DNA of 64,000 nucleotides from a virus (lineage: Duplodnaviria > Caudoviricetes), in the IMG/VR virus record IMGVR_UViG_3300029267_004155; one strand, 5' to 3'. The notes under the pieces were generated by a model. The model was given only the letters and a program-made list of their open reading frames with translations. It was not told the origin of the DNA and searched no databases. Both the position numbers and the translations under genes were made by a program. Positions 7,228 to 18,081 of the stretch are shown one piece after another (positions within the stretch are counted from its first letter, which is position 1; the number at the start of each line of letters is the position of its first letter).

Positions 7228-7521
7228 ATGAGAGATGGGCTCGGGGTGCTGCTCGTCGAGGGCGGCGACGGAAAGGTCGCGGTGCAGCTGTTCGAGAGGC
7301 CGGAGGTGATGGCCGAGAGCCTTGGGCATCTGAAGGGGCGCGTGTCCGACGACCCGTCCAGGGTGACGGGCCTGACGGTGAGGTGGCCGGAGGGCGGTGG
7401 CGTCTCGGTGGAGGCCGTGGCGGTCGACTTGCCGGAGCCGCCGGAGACGCCCTGGGGCTGGAGGGTCGGCGAGGGTCCGATGAACGATCCGCAAGAAGGA
7501 GGCGACGCCGATGTTTCTTGA
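7228..7521 (+). CDS. hypothetical protein
   Basis: AGGAGG RBS. Confidence 0.7.
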   Translation: MRDGLGVLLVEGGDGKVAVQLFERPEVMAESLGHLKGRVSDDPSRVTGLTVRWPEGGGVSVEAVAVDLPEPPETPWGWRVGEGPMNDPQEGGDADVS

Positions 7522-7942
7522 ACTGGAGATATCCGACAAGGTCGACAAGGACTGGGCGATCGGGATGCTGGAGACGCTCGACTTCGTGGCCGGGGCGGCC
7601 GAGACGACGGTGAAGGGGGAGGTCTGCGAGGCCTGGGGGAAGCTCCTGGCCGAGGTGGGCGCGGAGCTCTACCAGCTGGAGGACGGGAGCGATCCCAACT
7701 GTCCGCTGAACGCCTTGCGCGGGGAGATCGAGGACGCGATCGGGACCAGCTGCTCGAAGGGGCACAAGGACTGGTCCCGGGTCATGAGGGTCGGCGCCGT
7801 GTCGGCTTCGGTCCCGGCCCCGGCCCCGGAGCCGAAGGAAGAGGGTCCGGACGTCGGCGTCTGGACCGACGGGAGCGATCCGAAGGGCCTGATTGACCTG
7901 ATCGGCCATGTTGAGATCGTGGACAGGGTCGAGGAACTCTGA
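7511..7942 (+). CDS. hypothetical protein
   Basis: AGGAGG RBS. Confidence 0.75.
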   Translation: MFLELEISDKVDKDWAIGMLETLDFVAGAAETTVKGEVCEAWGKLLAEVGAELYQLEDGSDPNCPLNALRGEIEDAIGTSCSKGHKDWSRVMRVGAVSASVPAPAPEPKEEGPDVGVWTDGSDPKGLIDLIGHVEIVDRVEEL

Positions 7943-7970
7943 CTTTTTTTCAGGAAAACGCACGCGACGC

Positions 7971-8008
7971 GTGGAAAATCGGCCTCTTTTGGCAATATGG
8001 GGGTGGAG
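7971..8008 (+). promoter_or_regulatory. repeated bipartite motif, copy 2
   Basis: GTGGAAAA-N12-GGCAATATGGGGGTGGAG, followed by RBS and ATG. Confidence 0.8.
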
Positions 8009-8030
8009 TTCAAGCCAAGGAGGAACCTAG

Positions 8031-10172
8031 ATGCCAGTTGGATACTACAGCAAGGAACAGGCGCAGGACGCGGTGGTCGCTGCCGGGCTCGGCGCGGCCG
8101 GACTTGACGGTGTCAGGGTTGTTTGGCACGACGAGAAGATCGTTCCCAACGCCGATCCCGACAAGGGCGTCGTCAACCTTCCCCGCCTCGCTTGCGCCGA
8201 GGGGTTCACCCAGGAGGAGCTGACCGTCCTCCGGGGCAACACCGACCACGAGATCGGCCACTGCAAGGAGTCCGTCGGGGTTTCCAGGCGCCAGTGGCCC
8301 AAGGGTCCCCTCTTCGGAATTTGGAACGCGATCGAGGATCGCCGCATGGAGCGCGCCTTCTCGAAGGAGTGGCCCGGCATCCGGTCCACCTTCCGCGACG
8401 CCCTCGGCATCGCCAACAGGAAGATCGGCGGCAACATCCTCGACGGCAAGGAGTATCCTCCACTGTGGGAGGCGCTCGCGGCCATGAGCTTCCAGTCCGA
8501 GGGCGAGGCTCCGACGTGGAAGCTCACCGACAAGGCCGACCACTACTACCAGGCCGGATATGCCACCTTCTCCGAGTGGCGCGAGTGCGAGACGGCCAGG
8601 GACGCCCTGGACCTCGCCAAGCGCCTCCACGCCGTTCTCAATCAGGCCAACAAGGACTGGCAGGAGAAGCAGGACGACGGTCAGGGCCAGGGCTCTGGCG
8701 ACGGCGAGGACGAACGGGACGGGCAGGACGGGCAGCCGGGCGAGAAGAAGTCCGACGACAGCGACGGCGAGGGCGGCCAGGATGCCGGTGGCCAGGATGC
8801 AGGGGAGCCTGCTGGAGAGTCCGACGAGGAAGGTGACAAGGACGCCGGCGACGGTTCTGGTGCTGGCGGCTCGAAAGAGCTTGATGACGATGGTGACGAC
8901 TCCGGCGACTCCGAAGACGGGCAGTCTGGCGGGGGAGGTTCGGACGATGGTGACGACTCCGGCGACTCCGAAGACGGGCAGTCTGGCGGGGGAGGTTCGG
9001 ACGATGACGGTGACGGACAGGGCGATGGAGCCTCCGGGGGCGGCGAGCCGGACGAGGGCGGCGAGCCGGACCGGCACGACGGGGCCGAGGGTCATGGTGG
9101 CGGCGGCCGGGGGCCCGGTGGTGGCCACAGGGACGAACTGCCGGACGACGAGGACGTCGACAGGGGCTTGACGCCCGAGGACGTCGAGAGGGCCATTGCC
9201 GAGGACATGGACGGGGACAACCCCATCGACCTCGTCAAGGGCGAGATCGTCGTGGAGGCGATGGAGCGAGTCGAGAGGGACGCGTGGAGCTCGGGCGCCA
9301 GTCCGTACACGGCCCTCAGGCACACTGATGAGCACACGGTCCCGGCTGGCGACAGGGACGAGTTCATGGCTCTCAGGAAGAGTATCCAGACTTCCGTCTT
9401 CGCGCTGACCCGGATGCTGGAGCAGGCCCTCAGGGCCATGGCCAGCTGTCGCAGGTTGCGAGGCAAGCGGTCGGGCCGGCTGGACGCCACCCGGCTGGTC
9501 CACGTGGCCAAGAGCCTCTCCAGGGACGTCTTCGAGCGCAAGCGCCTCGGGTCCAAGCTGGACACGGCGGTCGTCCTGGTCATCGACGAGAGCGGCTCCA
9601 TGTGGGCCTGCAGGGAGATAGGCAAGGTCGTGGCGGCCATGGGCGAGGCCATGTCGGCCTGCAACATCCCCTTCGAGATAGTGGGGGCGACCACCAAGTA
9701 CAGTGGCGGGGCCAGGAGGTGTCCGTGCCTGGACGGCTTCACCCGGACCAACCCCGTGGTCTACATGCACTACAAGAGCTTCGGCGAGCGGTGGGCCGGC
9801 GTGGCTCACAGGATTGTCGAGATAGCGGCCCGCAAGCACCACATCGACGGCGAGGTCGTGGAGCACGGGGCTGCCCGGCTGCTGGGGCGCCGGGAGTCCC
9901 GCAAGGTCGTCATCAGCCTCTCGGACGGCGACCCCTGCGGCGGGCAGGGCAACGACCGGGAGCTGGCGAGCAACCTGGTCCGCGTCTGCAAGCGGGCCCG
10001 GGAGGCGGGCGTCGAGGTCTACAGCCTGAGCATCGACACGACGACTCCGGCTCGCTACTACGGCAAAGAGAACAGCGTGGTCATGAAGAAGGGCGACGAC
10101 TTCGGCAAGGAGTTCGCCAGGAACTTCGTCAAGATACTCACCGACGGGCGGTTGAAGGTCGCCGGGGTCTAA
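8031..10172 (+). CDS. CobT/NorD-like VWA-domain protein
   Basis: DHEIGH...AIEDRRME N-domain, acidic Gly/Asp linker, MIDAS DESGS and SDG motifs. Confidence 0.85.
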   Translation: MPVGYYSKEQAQDAVVAAGLGAAGLDGVRVVWHDEKIVPNADPDKGVVNLPRLACAEGFTQEELTVLRGNTDHEIGHCKESVGVSRRQWPKGPLFGIWNAIEDRRMERAFSKEWPGIRSTFRDALGIANRKIGGNILDGKEYPPLWEALAAMSFQSEGEAPTWKLTDKADHYYQAGYATFSEWRECETARDALDLAKRLHAVLNQANKDWQEKQDDGQGQGSGDGEDERDGQDGQPGEKKSDDSDGEGGQDAGGQDAGEPAGESDEEGDKDAGDGSGAGGSKELDDDGDDSGDSEDGQSGGGGSDDGDDSGDSEDGQSGGGGSDDDGDGQGDGASGGGEPDEGGEPDRHDGAEGHGGGGRGPGGGHRDELPDDEDVDRGLTPEDVERAIAEDMDGDNPIDLVKGEIVVEAMERVERDAWSSGASPYTALRHTDEHTVPAGDRDEFMALRKSIQTSVFALTRMLEQALRAMASCRRLRGKRSGRLDATRLVHVAKSLSRDVFERKRLGSKLDTAVVLVIDESGSMWACREIGKVVAAMGEAMSACNIPFEIVGATTKYSGGARRCPCLDGFTRTNPVVYMHYKSFGERWAGVAHRIVEIAARKHHIDGEVVEHGAARLLGRRESRKVVISLSDGDPCGGQGNDRELASNLVRVCKRAREAGVEVYSLSIDTTTPARYYGKENSVVMKKGDDFGKEFARNFVKILTDGRLKVAGV
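8886..9006 (+). repeat. 57-bp in-frame tandem duplication in the acidic linker
   Basis: Unit GACGATGGTGACGAC...GGAGGTTCG twice, plus a partial third copy. Confidence 0.9.
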
Positions 10173-10184
10173 GGAGGGACGACG

Positions 10185-10736
10185 ATGCAAAAGAGAGCGA
10201 TATGGCAGAAGGTCGGGCACTGCGTCAAAGGCTCGAGCGACAAGCTGTACGTCGTGGTTGTGATCGAGGGGCCGACGTTGGGCGAGTTCGAGGTCGTGGC
10301 CAGGTGGGGCAAGCGGCGGCTGACCGGTCCCCAGCAGAGCAAGACGTACCACGAGTGTGGCTCTCTCACCGGGGCCTTGTGCGAGGCCGAGAAGCTGTGG
10401 AAGAAGAAGGTCGATAAGGGGTATGTGGACATCGACGCGCCGGGGTACGACGGCCCGATCTACTGGGACTGGCTGCGCGGGACCGACTGGTACACCGCAG
10501 GGGCCGAGGGCGCCCGGATCATGCGGGGCAGCCAGCCGGCCATGCCGGCCGCCAAGTTGAAGGAGAGGACCTTCGTCGTGGTCTGCGTCAACGCGGGCGG
10601 CGTGGAGGACAGGTTCGTCGAGGGTGAGCAGTACGCGGCCGAGGGGCATTCCGACTCCGAGATGCTGTGGGTCACCGACATGAGGGGCAAGAGGGACGAG
10701 TGGTTCATGGAGCGTTTCGAGCGCCTGTCCGTCTGA
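10185..10736 (+). CDS. WGR-domain protein with C-terminal SH3-like module
   Basis: SDKLY...VVARWGKR...KKVDKGY. Confidence 0.7.
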   Translation: MQKRAIWQKVGHCVKGSSDKLYVVVVIEGPTLGEFEVVARWGKRRLTGPQQSKTYHECGSLTGALCEAEKLWKKKVDKGYVDIDAPGYDGPIYWDWLRGTDWYTAGAEGARIMRGSQPAMPAAKLKERTFVVVCVNAGGVEDRFVEGEQYAAEGHSDSEMLWVTDMRGKRDEWFMERFERLSV

Positions 10737-10747
10737 GGAGGTTCGAT

Positions 10748-11410
10748 ATGATGTTCGTCAAGTATGTCGGCTCTGGACGGGAGGGGGCGGTCCTGAGGAA
10801 GGGGCGCGTGTACCTGGGGCGCCCGGCGCTGGAGGACCATGCCGCGGTGGACGTGGACAAGGTGGTGGTCGTCGGCGACGACGGCTCCGAGGTGTCGTTC
10901 CGGCCGGCCGACTCGGAGGGCTCTTTCGAGTTCCTGGACTTCGTCTACGCGGTGGTTCTCCGGGACTGCGGCGTGGGGGCTGCCGGGGACGTCGTGAGGT
11001 TGGAGGGGGCGGACGACGACGGCTACTACCTGGTGGCGGGGAAGGGGCATCACAACGCGGCCTTCTTCGAGATCATGGACGAGTCGAACCTGGCCCCGGG
11101 CTTCTGGGTCCTGGACCTGTCCGACGGCCGCTGGCGGCAGATCACGCGCGTCGCGGCGTGCGGGTGGGTGGCGATCGAGGGCCTGTCGTCGATGCGGCCG
11201 TTGACTGACTTCGCCTTTCCGGTCGGGGGCGGAGGCGTCCTGGCAGAGCCGGTGGCGCGCTGTGTGGACGTGGCCGGCGAGCCTGGGCTGGAGGAGGGCC
11301 GGGTCTACCGGATGACGGGGTGGGACAGGGTCGGAGGCATCGTGGAGATCGTGGTCGACGATGTCGAGAGGTCCTTCATGGAATCCAGGTTCGAGATAGG
11401 GGACGTTTGA
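10748..11410 (+). CDS. hypothetical protein with SH3-like modules
   Basis: GGAGG RBS; shares the C-x-D...LEEG..Y...FM..RF module. Confidence 0.75.
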   Translation: MMFVKYVGSGREGAVLRKGRVYLGRPALEDHAAVDVDKVVVVGDDGSEVSFRPADSEGSFEFLDFVYAVVLRDCGVGAAGDVVRLEGADDDGYYLVAGKGHHNAAFFEIMDESNLAPGFWVLDLSDGRWRQITRVAACGWVAIEGLSSMRPLTDFAFPVGGGGVLAEPVARCVDVAGEPGLEEGRVYRMTGWDRVGGIVEIVVDDVERSFMESRFEIGDV

Positions 11411-11437
11411 CTTTTTTCAGGAAAACGCGCGCGACGC

Positions 11438-11475
11438 GTGGAAAATCGGCCTCTTTTGGCAATATGGGGGTGGAG
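11438..11475 (+). promoter_or_regulatory. repeated bipartite motif, copy 3
   Basis: About 67 bp near-identical to 7941-8008. Confidence 0.8.
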
Positions 11476-11501
11476 ACACGGCCAACCAAGGAGGAACCGA
11501 G

Positions 11502-12716
11502 ATGGCAACGAAGGCGAACGAGAAGCAAGTGGCGGACAAGGTCGAGCAGCTGCTCGGCACCGAGGTCCGCATCGAGGTCAAGGCGGACGATCCTTCCGTC
11601 GTGGACATCGCCAAGGACCTGCGCCTGGCGCGGGTGCTCCTGGCGTTGACGACCAGGGGCATCGCGATCGAGCGGGCCGGCAACGTCATGACCATCTTCC
11701 GCATCGGGGCCGCGCGGCCGGCCCAGGCGGGGCCGCCCAAGGGTGTCGTGGTGCCCGATCCTGACAGGCCGGAGGCCACCGCCACCCCGAAGGTGGACCG
11801 GAGCCGTCACAGCTCCCGCCCGTACGCCAAGGAGAAGGACGTGCTCGACGTGGTCACGGACGACGCGAGCCACGTCCTCATGTTCGTCGGGCCCGCGGGC
11901 TGCGGCAAGACCTTCGAGGCTCGCCGCATCGCCGAGCTGACGGGACGCAAGTTCTACCGCCTCCAGTGCCATGGCGACATGACCTCCGCCGACCTCTTCG
12001 GCGAGAAGACCGTCGAGGTCGACGAGAAGACCGGCCAGTCGGTCGTCGTCTACAAGCCGGGCACCGTGGTCCAGGCCTGGCAGGAGGGGCTCGACGAGGA
12101 CGGCAACGAGACCGGCCAGGCGGCGCTTCTCCTGATCGACGAGTGGGCGGCCATGCCGACCCACCTGTTCATCGCTCTCAACGCCTCCCTGGAGTCGGAC
12201 GACCCCCGGCGCAGGCTGGTGGTCGAGGCTGACGGCGGCAGGCTCATCCGGAGCCACAGCGGCCTCCGCATCATCCTCACGAGCAACCTGGCGGGGCGCG
12301 GGGCCTCGACCATGGGCGAGGCCCTTCACACGGCCCAGGCGGACGCTCAGGACATCTCGGGCATCAACCGGGTGGCTGCCACTTTCCGCTTCGGCTATGA
12401 CAGGAAGCTGGAGAAGGGCATTCTCATGGAGAAGGTGGGCGACGACAGGGTGGTCCGGGACATCCTGCGCCTCCGCGACCAGATCAGGGCCCAAATCAAG
12501 ACCGAGCGCCTGCGGGAGCCTTTCGGCACCCGGCACTTGATCGCCATAGCGAACCTCTATCGCATCTGGGGCGACCTCGGGAAGGCGCTCTACCTGTCCA
12601 TCATGACGGGCATGGCGCCCGATGAGCGGGCGGTCGTCAACGAGACCGCCAAGAACGTCCTCGACCGCGACCTCATGAAGGAGATCGAGGACGACGAGGA
12701 CATCGACTACATGTGA
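11502..12716 (+). CDS. CobS/CbbQ-like MoxR AAA+ ATPase
   Basis: Walker A GPAGCGKT, Walker B LLIDE, sensor TSN. Confidence 0.88.
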   Translation: MATKANEKQVADKVEQLLGTEVRIEVKADDPSVVDIAKDLRLARVLLALTTRGIAIERAGNVMTIFRIGAARPAQAGPPKGVVVPDPDRPEATATPKVDRSRHSSRPYAKEKDVLDVVTDDASHVLMFVGPAGCGKTFEARRIAELTGRKFYRLQCHGDMTSADLFGEKTVEVDEKTGQSVVVYKPGTVVQAWQEGLDEDGNETGQAALLLIDEWAAMPTHLFIALNASLESDDPRRRLVVEADGGRLIRSHSGLRIILTSNLAGRGASTMGEALHTAQADAQDISGINRVAATFRFGYDRKLEKGILMEKVGDDRVVRDILRLRDQIRAQIKTERLREPFGTRHLIAIANLYRIWGDLGKALYLSIMTGMAPDERAVVNETAKNVLDRDLMKEIEDDEDIDYM

Positions 12717-12741
12717 CCTCGGCGGCTGGCCGTGCCGCTCC

Positions 12742-12772
12742 GGGCCGGGACATCAAGGTCCCGGCCCTTTTT
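12742..12772 (+). terminator. intrinsic terminator
   Basis: GGGCCGGGAC-ATCAAG-GTCCCGGCCC-TTTTT. Confidence 0.85.
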
Positions 12773-12841
12773 CTTTGTCCGGATCGCTTGCTTTCGGGGT
12801 TGTCCTGCGCTATTTGTTAGTCAACCGGAGGTGGCCCGCGT

Positions 12842-13249
12842 ATGGATGGAAACGACAGGTACCTGATCTACCGGATGCTCGGTCGGCGAGTCGACATGAC
12901 CCCGCCGAGAAGAAGCCGTCGCGCGTGCCACGTGGTGGGCGTCGTGGAGAAGGTGGTCCGGAACATCTTCGACAACGTCGTGGAGCTGACGGTGGCCGGC
13001 CGGATGTTCTCCTTCGACGAGCCGAGCGCGATATTGGCGCAGGAGGATGACGTCGTCTTCGTCTACGGCGGCAGGATCGCCGCGGCCGACGACGAGGTCT
13101 TCCGGCAGGTTGGTGAGAAGGCCCACTCCGGCGAGAACATCTATGACGTGATGAGGCGCACCGAGGGCCGCTCGGAGAGGCTGCTCCGTTTCCGCCTGGG
13201 GCCTTCTGAGAAGGTCCGGCGCGTCCGGCGACGCCCGGCCATGGTCTGA
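12842..13249 (+). CDS. hypothetical protein
   Basis: GGAGG RBS. Confidence 0.75.
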   Translation: MDGNDRYLIYRMLGRRVDMTPPRRSRRACHVVGVVEKVVRNIFDNVVELTVAGRMFSFDEPSAILAQEDDVVFVYGGRIAAADDEVFRQVGEKAHSGENIYDVMRRTEGRSERLLRFRLGPSEKVRRVRRRPAMV

Positions 13250-13290
13250 TCCTTTCTTTTGATCTTTCCTGACTTTTTTTGCTCCTCCGC

Positions 13291-13328
13291 GTGGAAAACC
13301 TGCCTCTTTTGGCAATATGGGGGTAGAG
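13291..13328 (+). promoter_or_regulatory. repeated bipartite motif, copy 4
   Basis: GTGGAAAA-N12-GGCAATATGGGGGTAGAG. Confidence 0.8.
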
Positions 13329-13366
13329 CGTGCGATGAGAACGGCCAACCAAGGAGGACCGACAAG

Positions 13367-14503
13367 ATGACAGAGACCATCAACGAAGGCACGGGCGCGG
13401 GGCTGGGGGTCAACGTCTGGTACACGGTGCCGCAGGGCATCGTCATTCCGGCGGAGGATGCCCAGGCTGCCGCGGTGAGAAACGGCTTCCAGGAATGCGA
13501 CTTCCCGGTGCCGAGCCCGCGGACCGAGGTGTCCCGCGCGGCGCACTCCCTGCAGGATCGCCGGCACAAGAGCAACCGGCGCGTGACCGAGAAGACCAAG
13601 GACAACGACCGCTACGTGGTCTATGGCATCCTCGACCAGACCCGCAAGGGCGACGAGGAGGTCGCGTTCGAGCAGGGCACGACGGTCCGCTTCGACAAGG
13701 AGACCGGACGGGTGGACGCGGAAGGCCCGCTTGCCGAGGACTTCCAGAAGCGCTACAACAAGGTCAAGGGCGCGGTCACGGATGACGACGTCCGCATCTT
13801 CCTGCGCCGGGTGGTCGGCATGTGCTTCGGGGTTCCGAAGCGCCCGACGGGCGGCATCTGGTTCGTCCCCGGCCACGTGGCGACCATCGTCGAGAACGCG
13901 CAGGCCGTACTGGACGAGCTGAAGACTGGGGCCAAGCTCTACCTCGAAGGCGTCGTGAACGGCGTCAGGGAGCGGGAGAACGTCTGGGAGTCGGTCGAGG
14001 GCGAGATCGAGAAGAGGATCGAGGAGACCCTCCGGGCGGTCGAGCGCATCGGCAAGCGGGCGGCCGGCCTCGTTGACCACGAGGCGACGATCGCCGGGCT
14101 TGACGAGCTCATGAAGGTGTACTCCAACATCCTGGGCGAGGAGGCCCGGCACGAGGCGCTCGCGGAGAAGCTGTCGGACGCGGCGCAGACGGTCGCGGCC
14201 AAGATGGCTGCCATGCAGGCCACTCGGATGGTCCGCAAGGCCAAGGGTCGCAAGAAGGGCGGTTCGACCGCGTCGGGCGGATACGGGACTCAGGTCGTCG
14301 AGGCCGTCAAGGGGGTCCTGGGGGCGGCTGGCGTCCCGCTCCACTATCGGGACATCGCCGACAAGGCGTTCGAGGCGGGCCTGGCCAAGCGTGGCCGCGA
14401 CCCCCACAAGACCGTGGCGTCGTGGATCGCCGAGGCTGGCCGGGACGGGGCCGACAGCCCCTTCGTCCGGGCGGGGCGCGGGACCTACACCCTCGCCTCC
14501 TGA
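13367..14503 (+). CDS. protein with C-terminal HARE-HTH winged helix
   Basis: VLGAAGVPLHYRDIAD...PHKTVAS...FVRAGRGTYTL. Confidence 0.75.
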   Translation: MTETINEGTGAGLGVNVWYTVPQGIVIPAEDAQAAAVRNGFQECDFPVPSPRTEVSRAAHSLQDRRHKSNRRVTEKTKDNDRYVVYGILDQTRKGDEEVAFEQGTTVRFDKETGRVDAEGPLAEDFQKRYNKVKGAVTDDDVRIFLRRVVGMCFGVPKRPTGGIWFVPGHVATIVENAQAVLDELKTGAKLYLEGVVNGVRERENVWESVEGEIEKRIEETLRAVERIGKRAAGLVDHEATIAGLDELMKVYSNILGEEARHEALAEKLSDAAQTVAAKMAAMQATRMVRKAKGRKKGGSTASGGYGTQVVEAVKGVLGAAGVPLHYRDIADKAFEAGLAKRGRDPHKTVASWIAEAGRDGADSPFVRAGRGTYTLAS

Positions 14504-14514
14504 AGGTGTCACGG

Positions 14515-14543
14515 GAAAGCCGGAGGGTGTCCTCCGGCTTTTC
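14515..14543 (+). terminator. intrinsic terminator
   Basis: AAAGCCGGAGG-GTGT-CCTCCGGCTTTT. Confidence 0.8.
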
Positions 14544-14583
14544 TGTTCAAGGCGTATAATGGGAAAAGAAGGAGGATCATGAC

Positions 14584-16503
14584 ATGGGCGTCAACGAACG
14601 GATAAGAGAGCTCGAAGGGCTCGTGCGGTACCACTCCGACATCTACTTCAACGAGGCGAAGCAGGAGATCACGGACGCCGAGTACGACGAGCTGGTGGCC
14701 GAGCTGACGGAGCTCGACCCGGAGTCCCCGGCGCTGGTGGAGGTCGGCTCGGTGCCGTCCTACGGGCGCAAGGTGAAGCACAGCTCGACCATGGGCTCGC
14801 TGAAGAAGGCGACGACCGTGGACGAGGTGATGGCGTGGCACGAGGCCTGCGGGGGTGGCGACATCGTCCTGATGCCGAAGATGGACGGCCTGGCCATAAG
14901 GCTGAACTACAGGAGCGGGCGGTTCGTCCAGGCCGCGACACGGGGCGACGGGGAGATCGGCCAGGACGTGACCGACAACGCCAGGGGCGTCGACGGGGTG
15001 CGCGAGGAGATCGAGGACAAGGGGCCCGTCGAGATGCGGGGCGAGGTCTACATGCCGAAGGACGTCTTCCGGGGTTTCCAGGAGACCGGCTCCATCGACT
15101 TCGCCAACCCGAGGAACGCGGCGGCCGGCAGCCTGTGCGCCAAGGACCCGAAGGTGACGGCGAGCCGCGGGCTCTGCTTCCGGTGCTACGAGATCACGGG
15201 AGTCCACGGCCTGGAGTCGGAGACGGCCCGGCACGTCTACGCGAAGAACGAGCTCGGCGTGCCGTACGTGTCCATGAAGAGGTTCCATGACGGGCCGAAC
15301 CTGAGGGCCGAGCTGGAGGCCGAGCTTCACGACTGCGAGTTCTCCAAGCGCCAGAAGATGAACTTCGAGATCGACGGCATGGTGCTGGCGATCGGAGACC
15401 TGGAGACGCAGGAGGAGCTCGGGTGGTCGGGGCGGCGCCCCAATGGGAAGATAGCCTACAAGTTCCGCCCCGAGCAGAAGGTCGCCGTCGTGCGCAGCGT
15501 GGATTGGCAGGTGGGCAGGACCGGGCGCATGACGCCCATGGCGAGGATCGAGCCCACGGCCCTGTCCGGGAGCGTGGTCAAGAACGTGACGCTCCACAAC
15601 CAGAAGTTCCTGGAGGAGCTGGGGCTCTGCGCCGGCTGCCGGGTGCTGGTCCAGAAGGCCGGCGACATCATCCCGCAGGTGGTGCGGAAGACGGACGGGC
15701 CGGAGGGCGCCGCGATTCCGAGGCCGGGGGTCTGCCCGTCCTGCGGGAGCAAGCTGAGGTTCGACGACGTGAACCTCTGGTGCGACTCCGTCTCGTGCCC
15801 GGCGAAGCTGGAGGAGAGGGTGCTCCACTACCTGAGGCGCATGGACGTCCTCGGGGTGGGGCCGGCGCTCGTCTCGGCTCTCTGTCGGAAAGGCCTCGTC
15901 AAGAGGCTGCCGGACTTGTACTCCATCCCCTTCTCGGGGCTTCAGGAGGCGGCCGGGGGGACGCAGGCGGCGAGGAACGCCATGGAGGCGATCCTGGGCC
16001 GGAACGAGGTCCCGCTGCACCAGTTCCTTTCCGCTCTCGGGGTTGGCGGGCTCGGGCGCACGACGTCCAGGGCGGTGGCGAAGGAGTACCGGTCCCTCTC
16101 CAAGATCGTGGCGTGTCCGGACCTTCCCCTCATGGTTGGCCGGCTGGTCGGGCTGGACGGGATCGGGGAGACGACGGCCGGCTCCATCGCGCTCGGGCTG
16201 GCGGAGATCGCGAAGGAGGTCGAGGAGCTGGCCGGGATCATAGAGGTGCAGGACGTGGCCGAGGCCGAGGGGCCTCTGGTCGGACGGAGCTTCTGTCTGA
16301 CCGGCGCCATGAGTCGGCCGAGGAAGGCGATAGCCGCGGACATCGAGGCCGCGGGCGGCGAGGTGAGGTCGAGTGTCGGGAAGGGATTGGACTTCCTGGT
16401 TCAGGCTGACGCGTCCAGCACGTCAGGCAAGACGAAGAAGGCAGTGGCCAACGGGACCGCCATCATCGGCGAGGACGAGCTGGTCGAGATGATGCGGGGC
16501 TGA
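14584..16503 (+). CDS. ligA: NAD-dependent DNA ligase
   Basis: KMDG adenylation motif, TRGDG, RGE, ANPRNAAAGS, OB fold, Zn finger, HhH, BRCT. Confidence 0.97.
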   Translation: MGVNERIRELEGLVRYHSDIYFNEAKQEITDAEYDELVAELTELDPESPALVEVGSVPSYGRKVKHSSTMGSLKKATTVDEVMAWHEACGGGDIVLMPKMDGLAIRLNYRSGRFVQAATRGDGEIGQDVTDNARGVDGVREEIEDKGPVEMRGEVYMPKDVFRGFQETGSIDFANPRNAAAGSLCAKDPKVTASRGLCFRCYEITGVHGLESETARHVYAKNELGVPYVSMKRFHDGPNLRAELEAELHDCEFSKRQKMNFEIDGMVLAIGDLETQEELGWSGRRPNGKIAYKFRPEQKVAVVRSVDWQVGRTGRMTPMARIEPTALSGSVVKNVTLHNQKFLEELGLCAGCRVLVQKAGDIIPQVVRKTDGPEGAAIPRPGVCPSCGSKLRFDDVNLWCDSVSCPAKLEERVLHYLRRMDVLGVGPALVSALCRKGLVKRLPDLYSIPFSGLQEAAGGTQAARNAMEAILGRNEVPLHQFLSALGVGGLGRTTSRAVAKEYRSLSKIVACPDLPLMVGRLVGLDGIGETTAGSIALGLAEIAKEVEELAGIIEVQDVAEAEGPLVGRSFCLTGAMSRPRKAIAADIEAAGGEVRSSVGKGLDFLVQADASSTSGKTKKAVANGTAIIGEDELVEMMRG

Positions 16504-16599
16504 GAGACGGCCCATGGAAGCGGAGATGTGGAAAGGGCCTTGGCGGGTCGGCCATGACCGAGCGGGCCGAACGGATCGAGGCCGAGCTGAAAGTGATAG

Positions 16600-16878
16600 G
16601 TGGTGGATGACATGGATGTGCCGAGCATGCCGGGGGAGAGGGCGCACGGCTTGTTCGTCGCCGCGGAGAGGATGGGGCTGGACGGCCCCACCCACGACAT
16701 GATCTCGATGGCGATTCAGGATGCCGAGTTCGACACCTTGAACTTCCCCGACGTGATCGCGCAGAGGCATGGGCACGGGTGGGACGGCAAGGGCATGATG
16801 GTGCGCGTGGACAATCCGGAGTCCGATGCCGACATGATCGCGGACGAGGTGATAGCGGAGCTGGAGTACATGGAATGA
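16600..16878 (+). CDS. hypothetical protein
   Basis: Codon bias, ATGA coupling to next gene. Confidence 0.65.
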   Translation: MVDDMDVPSMPGERAHGLFVAAERMGLDGPTHDMISMAIQDAEFDTLNFPDVIAQRHGHGWDGKGMMVRVDNPESDADMIADEVIAELEYME

Positions 16879-17420
16879 GCGAGATGCACTTGGCCCAGGT
16901 GACGGTGGTCTTCTACGATGTCGGCGACGCCGTTCCGTGGGACGACGAGTTCGCCGTCATGCGGAAGCGGGCCGACGAGACGTCCGAGGAGCGGACCGGG
17001 AAGACGGCCCTCGGCCAGGAGCTCGAGCCGTGGCACGTCTTCACGGAGCCGAACGCCGGCATGAACGTGACCTTCGTCGGCTCGTGGAGCGACGGGTCTG
17101 CCGGTTGCCTGCTGGAGCACGAGGTCCAGGAGATGGGCCTCTCCCACGTCATCGAGGGTTTGGAGGAGGCCTTGTTCGCCATTGCCGAGAGGAGGATGGC
17201 TGCCGAGCAGAGGAGGATGGACGGGTTGCCGTTGCCTCCAGCGTGCCTGATGTCGTATGACGTCACGCATCCGAAGTTGCGGGCCATTTCGTTCGTGGCG
17301 GCTTTCGAGGCCAAGACGTGGAGGCGCGCGGACGACGATTGGGGCGTGGACGCGGTGTTGCTCGGCGTGGTGGACCTGGACAGGATCAAGGAGGTAGTCG
17401 AGCATGAGGACGCCGAGTGA
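16875..17420 (+). CDS. hypothetical protein
   Basis: ATGA overlap. Confidence 0.7.
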   Translation: MSEMHLAQVTVVFYDVGDAVPWDDEFAVMRKRADETSEERTGKTALGQELEPWHVFTEPNAGMNVTFVGSWSDGSAGCLLEHEVQEMGLSHVIEGLEEALFAIAERRMAAEQRRMDGLPLPPACLMSYDVTHPKLRAISFVAAFEAKTWRRADDDWGVDAVLLGVVDLDRIKEVVEHEDAE

Positions 17421-17600
17421 GCTTTATCTCGCCCTGGGGCGCTATCTGGTGGTGAAAAGGGCGGAAGGTGGAGAAGTCCGGACTTTCAAGCGCCCCGACG
17501 GGCGTATAATGGCAGTGAGGTGGTGTCCGGACCCGAAGGCGGGCGACCGACCCACCCTGGGGCAGTTTTGCCAGGCCTACGGGCTGGAGCGGGAGAGGTG

Positions 17601-18071
17601 ATGGTGGACAGGCAGCGACAGATGGAGGATGCGATGGGGCGCTGGTGCCAGGAGGGCTACCAGTGCATGGTCGCCGTCATGGACGACGGTGACGACAGGG
17701 CCCTGACCCGGTGCCTGTCCACGCTGCCGCAGCCGATCGTCGTGGACCTCTGCCTCAGGCTCTCCAGGGTCATGGCCGCGATGCCGCCCTGGTGGGCCGG
17801 CGCGAAAGGGGGCGCTCTCGCCGTCAAGGGCGGCGGGGGGACCGACGAGATGGCGAGGGAGGTGGGCGAGGCTCTGGGCGGCGACGTCGTCATGGCGGTC
17901 GGCGTGGCCACGGGCCACCAGTCGGTCTACATCCGGGGGTCCGTCATGGAGGTGGTCTACCTGGCAATGCGGACGGTTATCTCGATGGAGCGCAGCATGG
18001 CCGAGGCGAGGAGGGGCGGGGAAGGCCCGCCGACGGGCCCGGGGCCGATAGGCCACTACAGCTTGAACTGA
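17601..18071 (+). CDS. hypothetical protein
   Basis: GAGG RBS, coupled. Confidence 0.65.
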   Translation: MVDRQRQMEDAMGRWCQEGYQCMVAVMDDGDDRALTRCLSTLPQPIVVDLCLRLSRVMAAMPPWWAGAKGGALAVKGGGGTDEMAREVGEALGGDVVMAVGVATGHQSVYIRGSVMEVVYLAMRTVISMERSMAEARRGGEGPPTGPGPIGHYSLN

Positions 18072-18081
18072 GGAGTCGACC

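Noticed and set aside
8031-12716. Cobalamin biosynthesis genes cobS/cobT
   Set aside because: Family resemblance only; no cobN or other cob genes, so no gene symbols were assigned.
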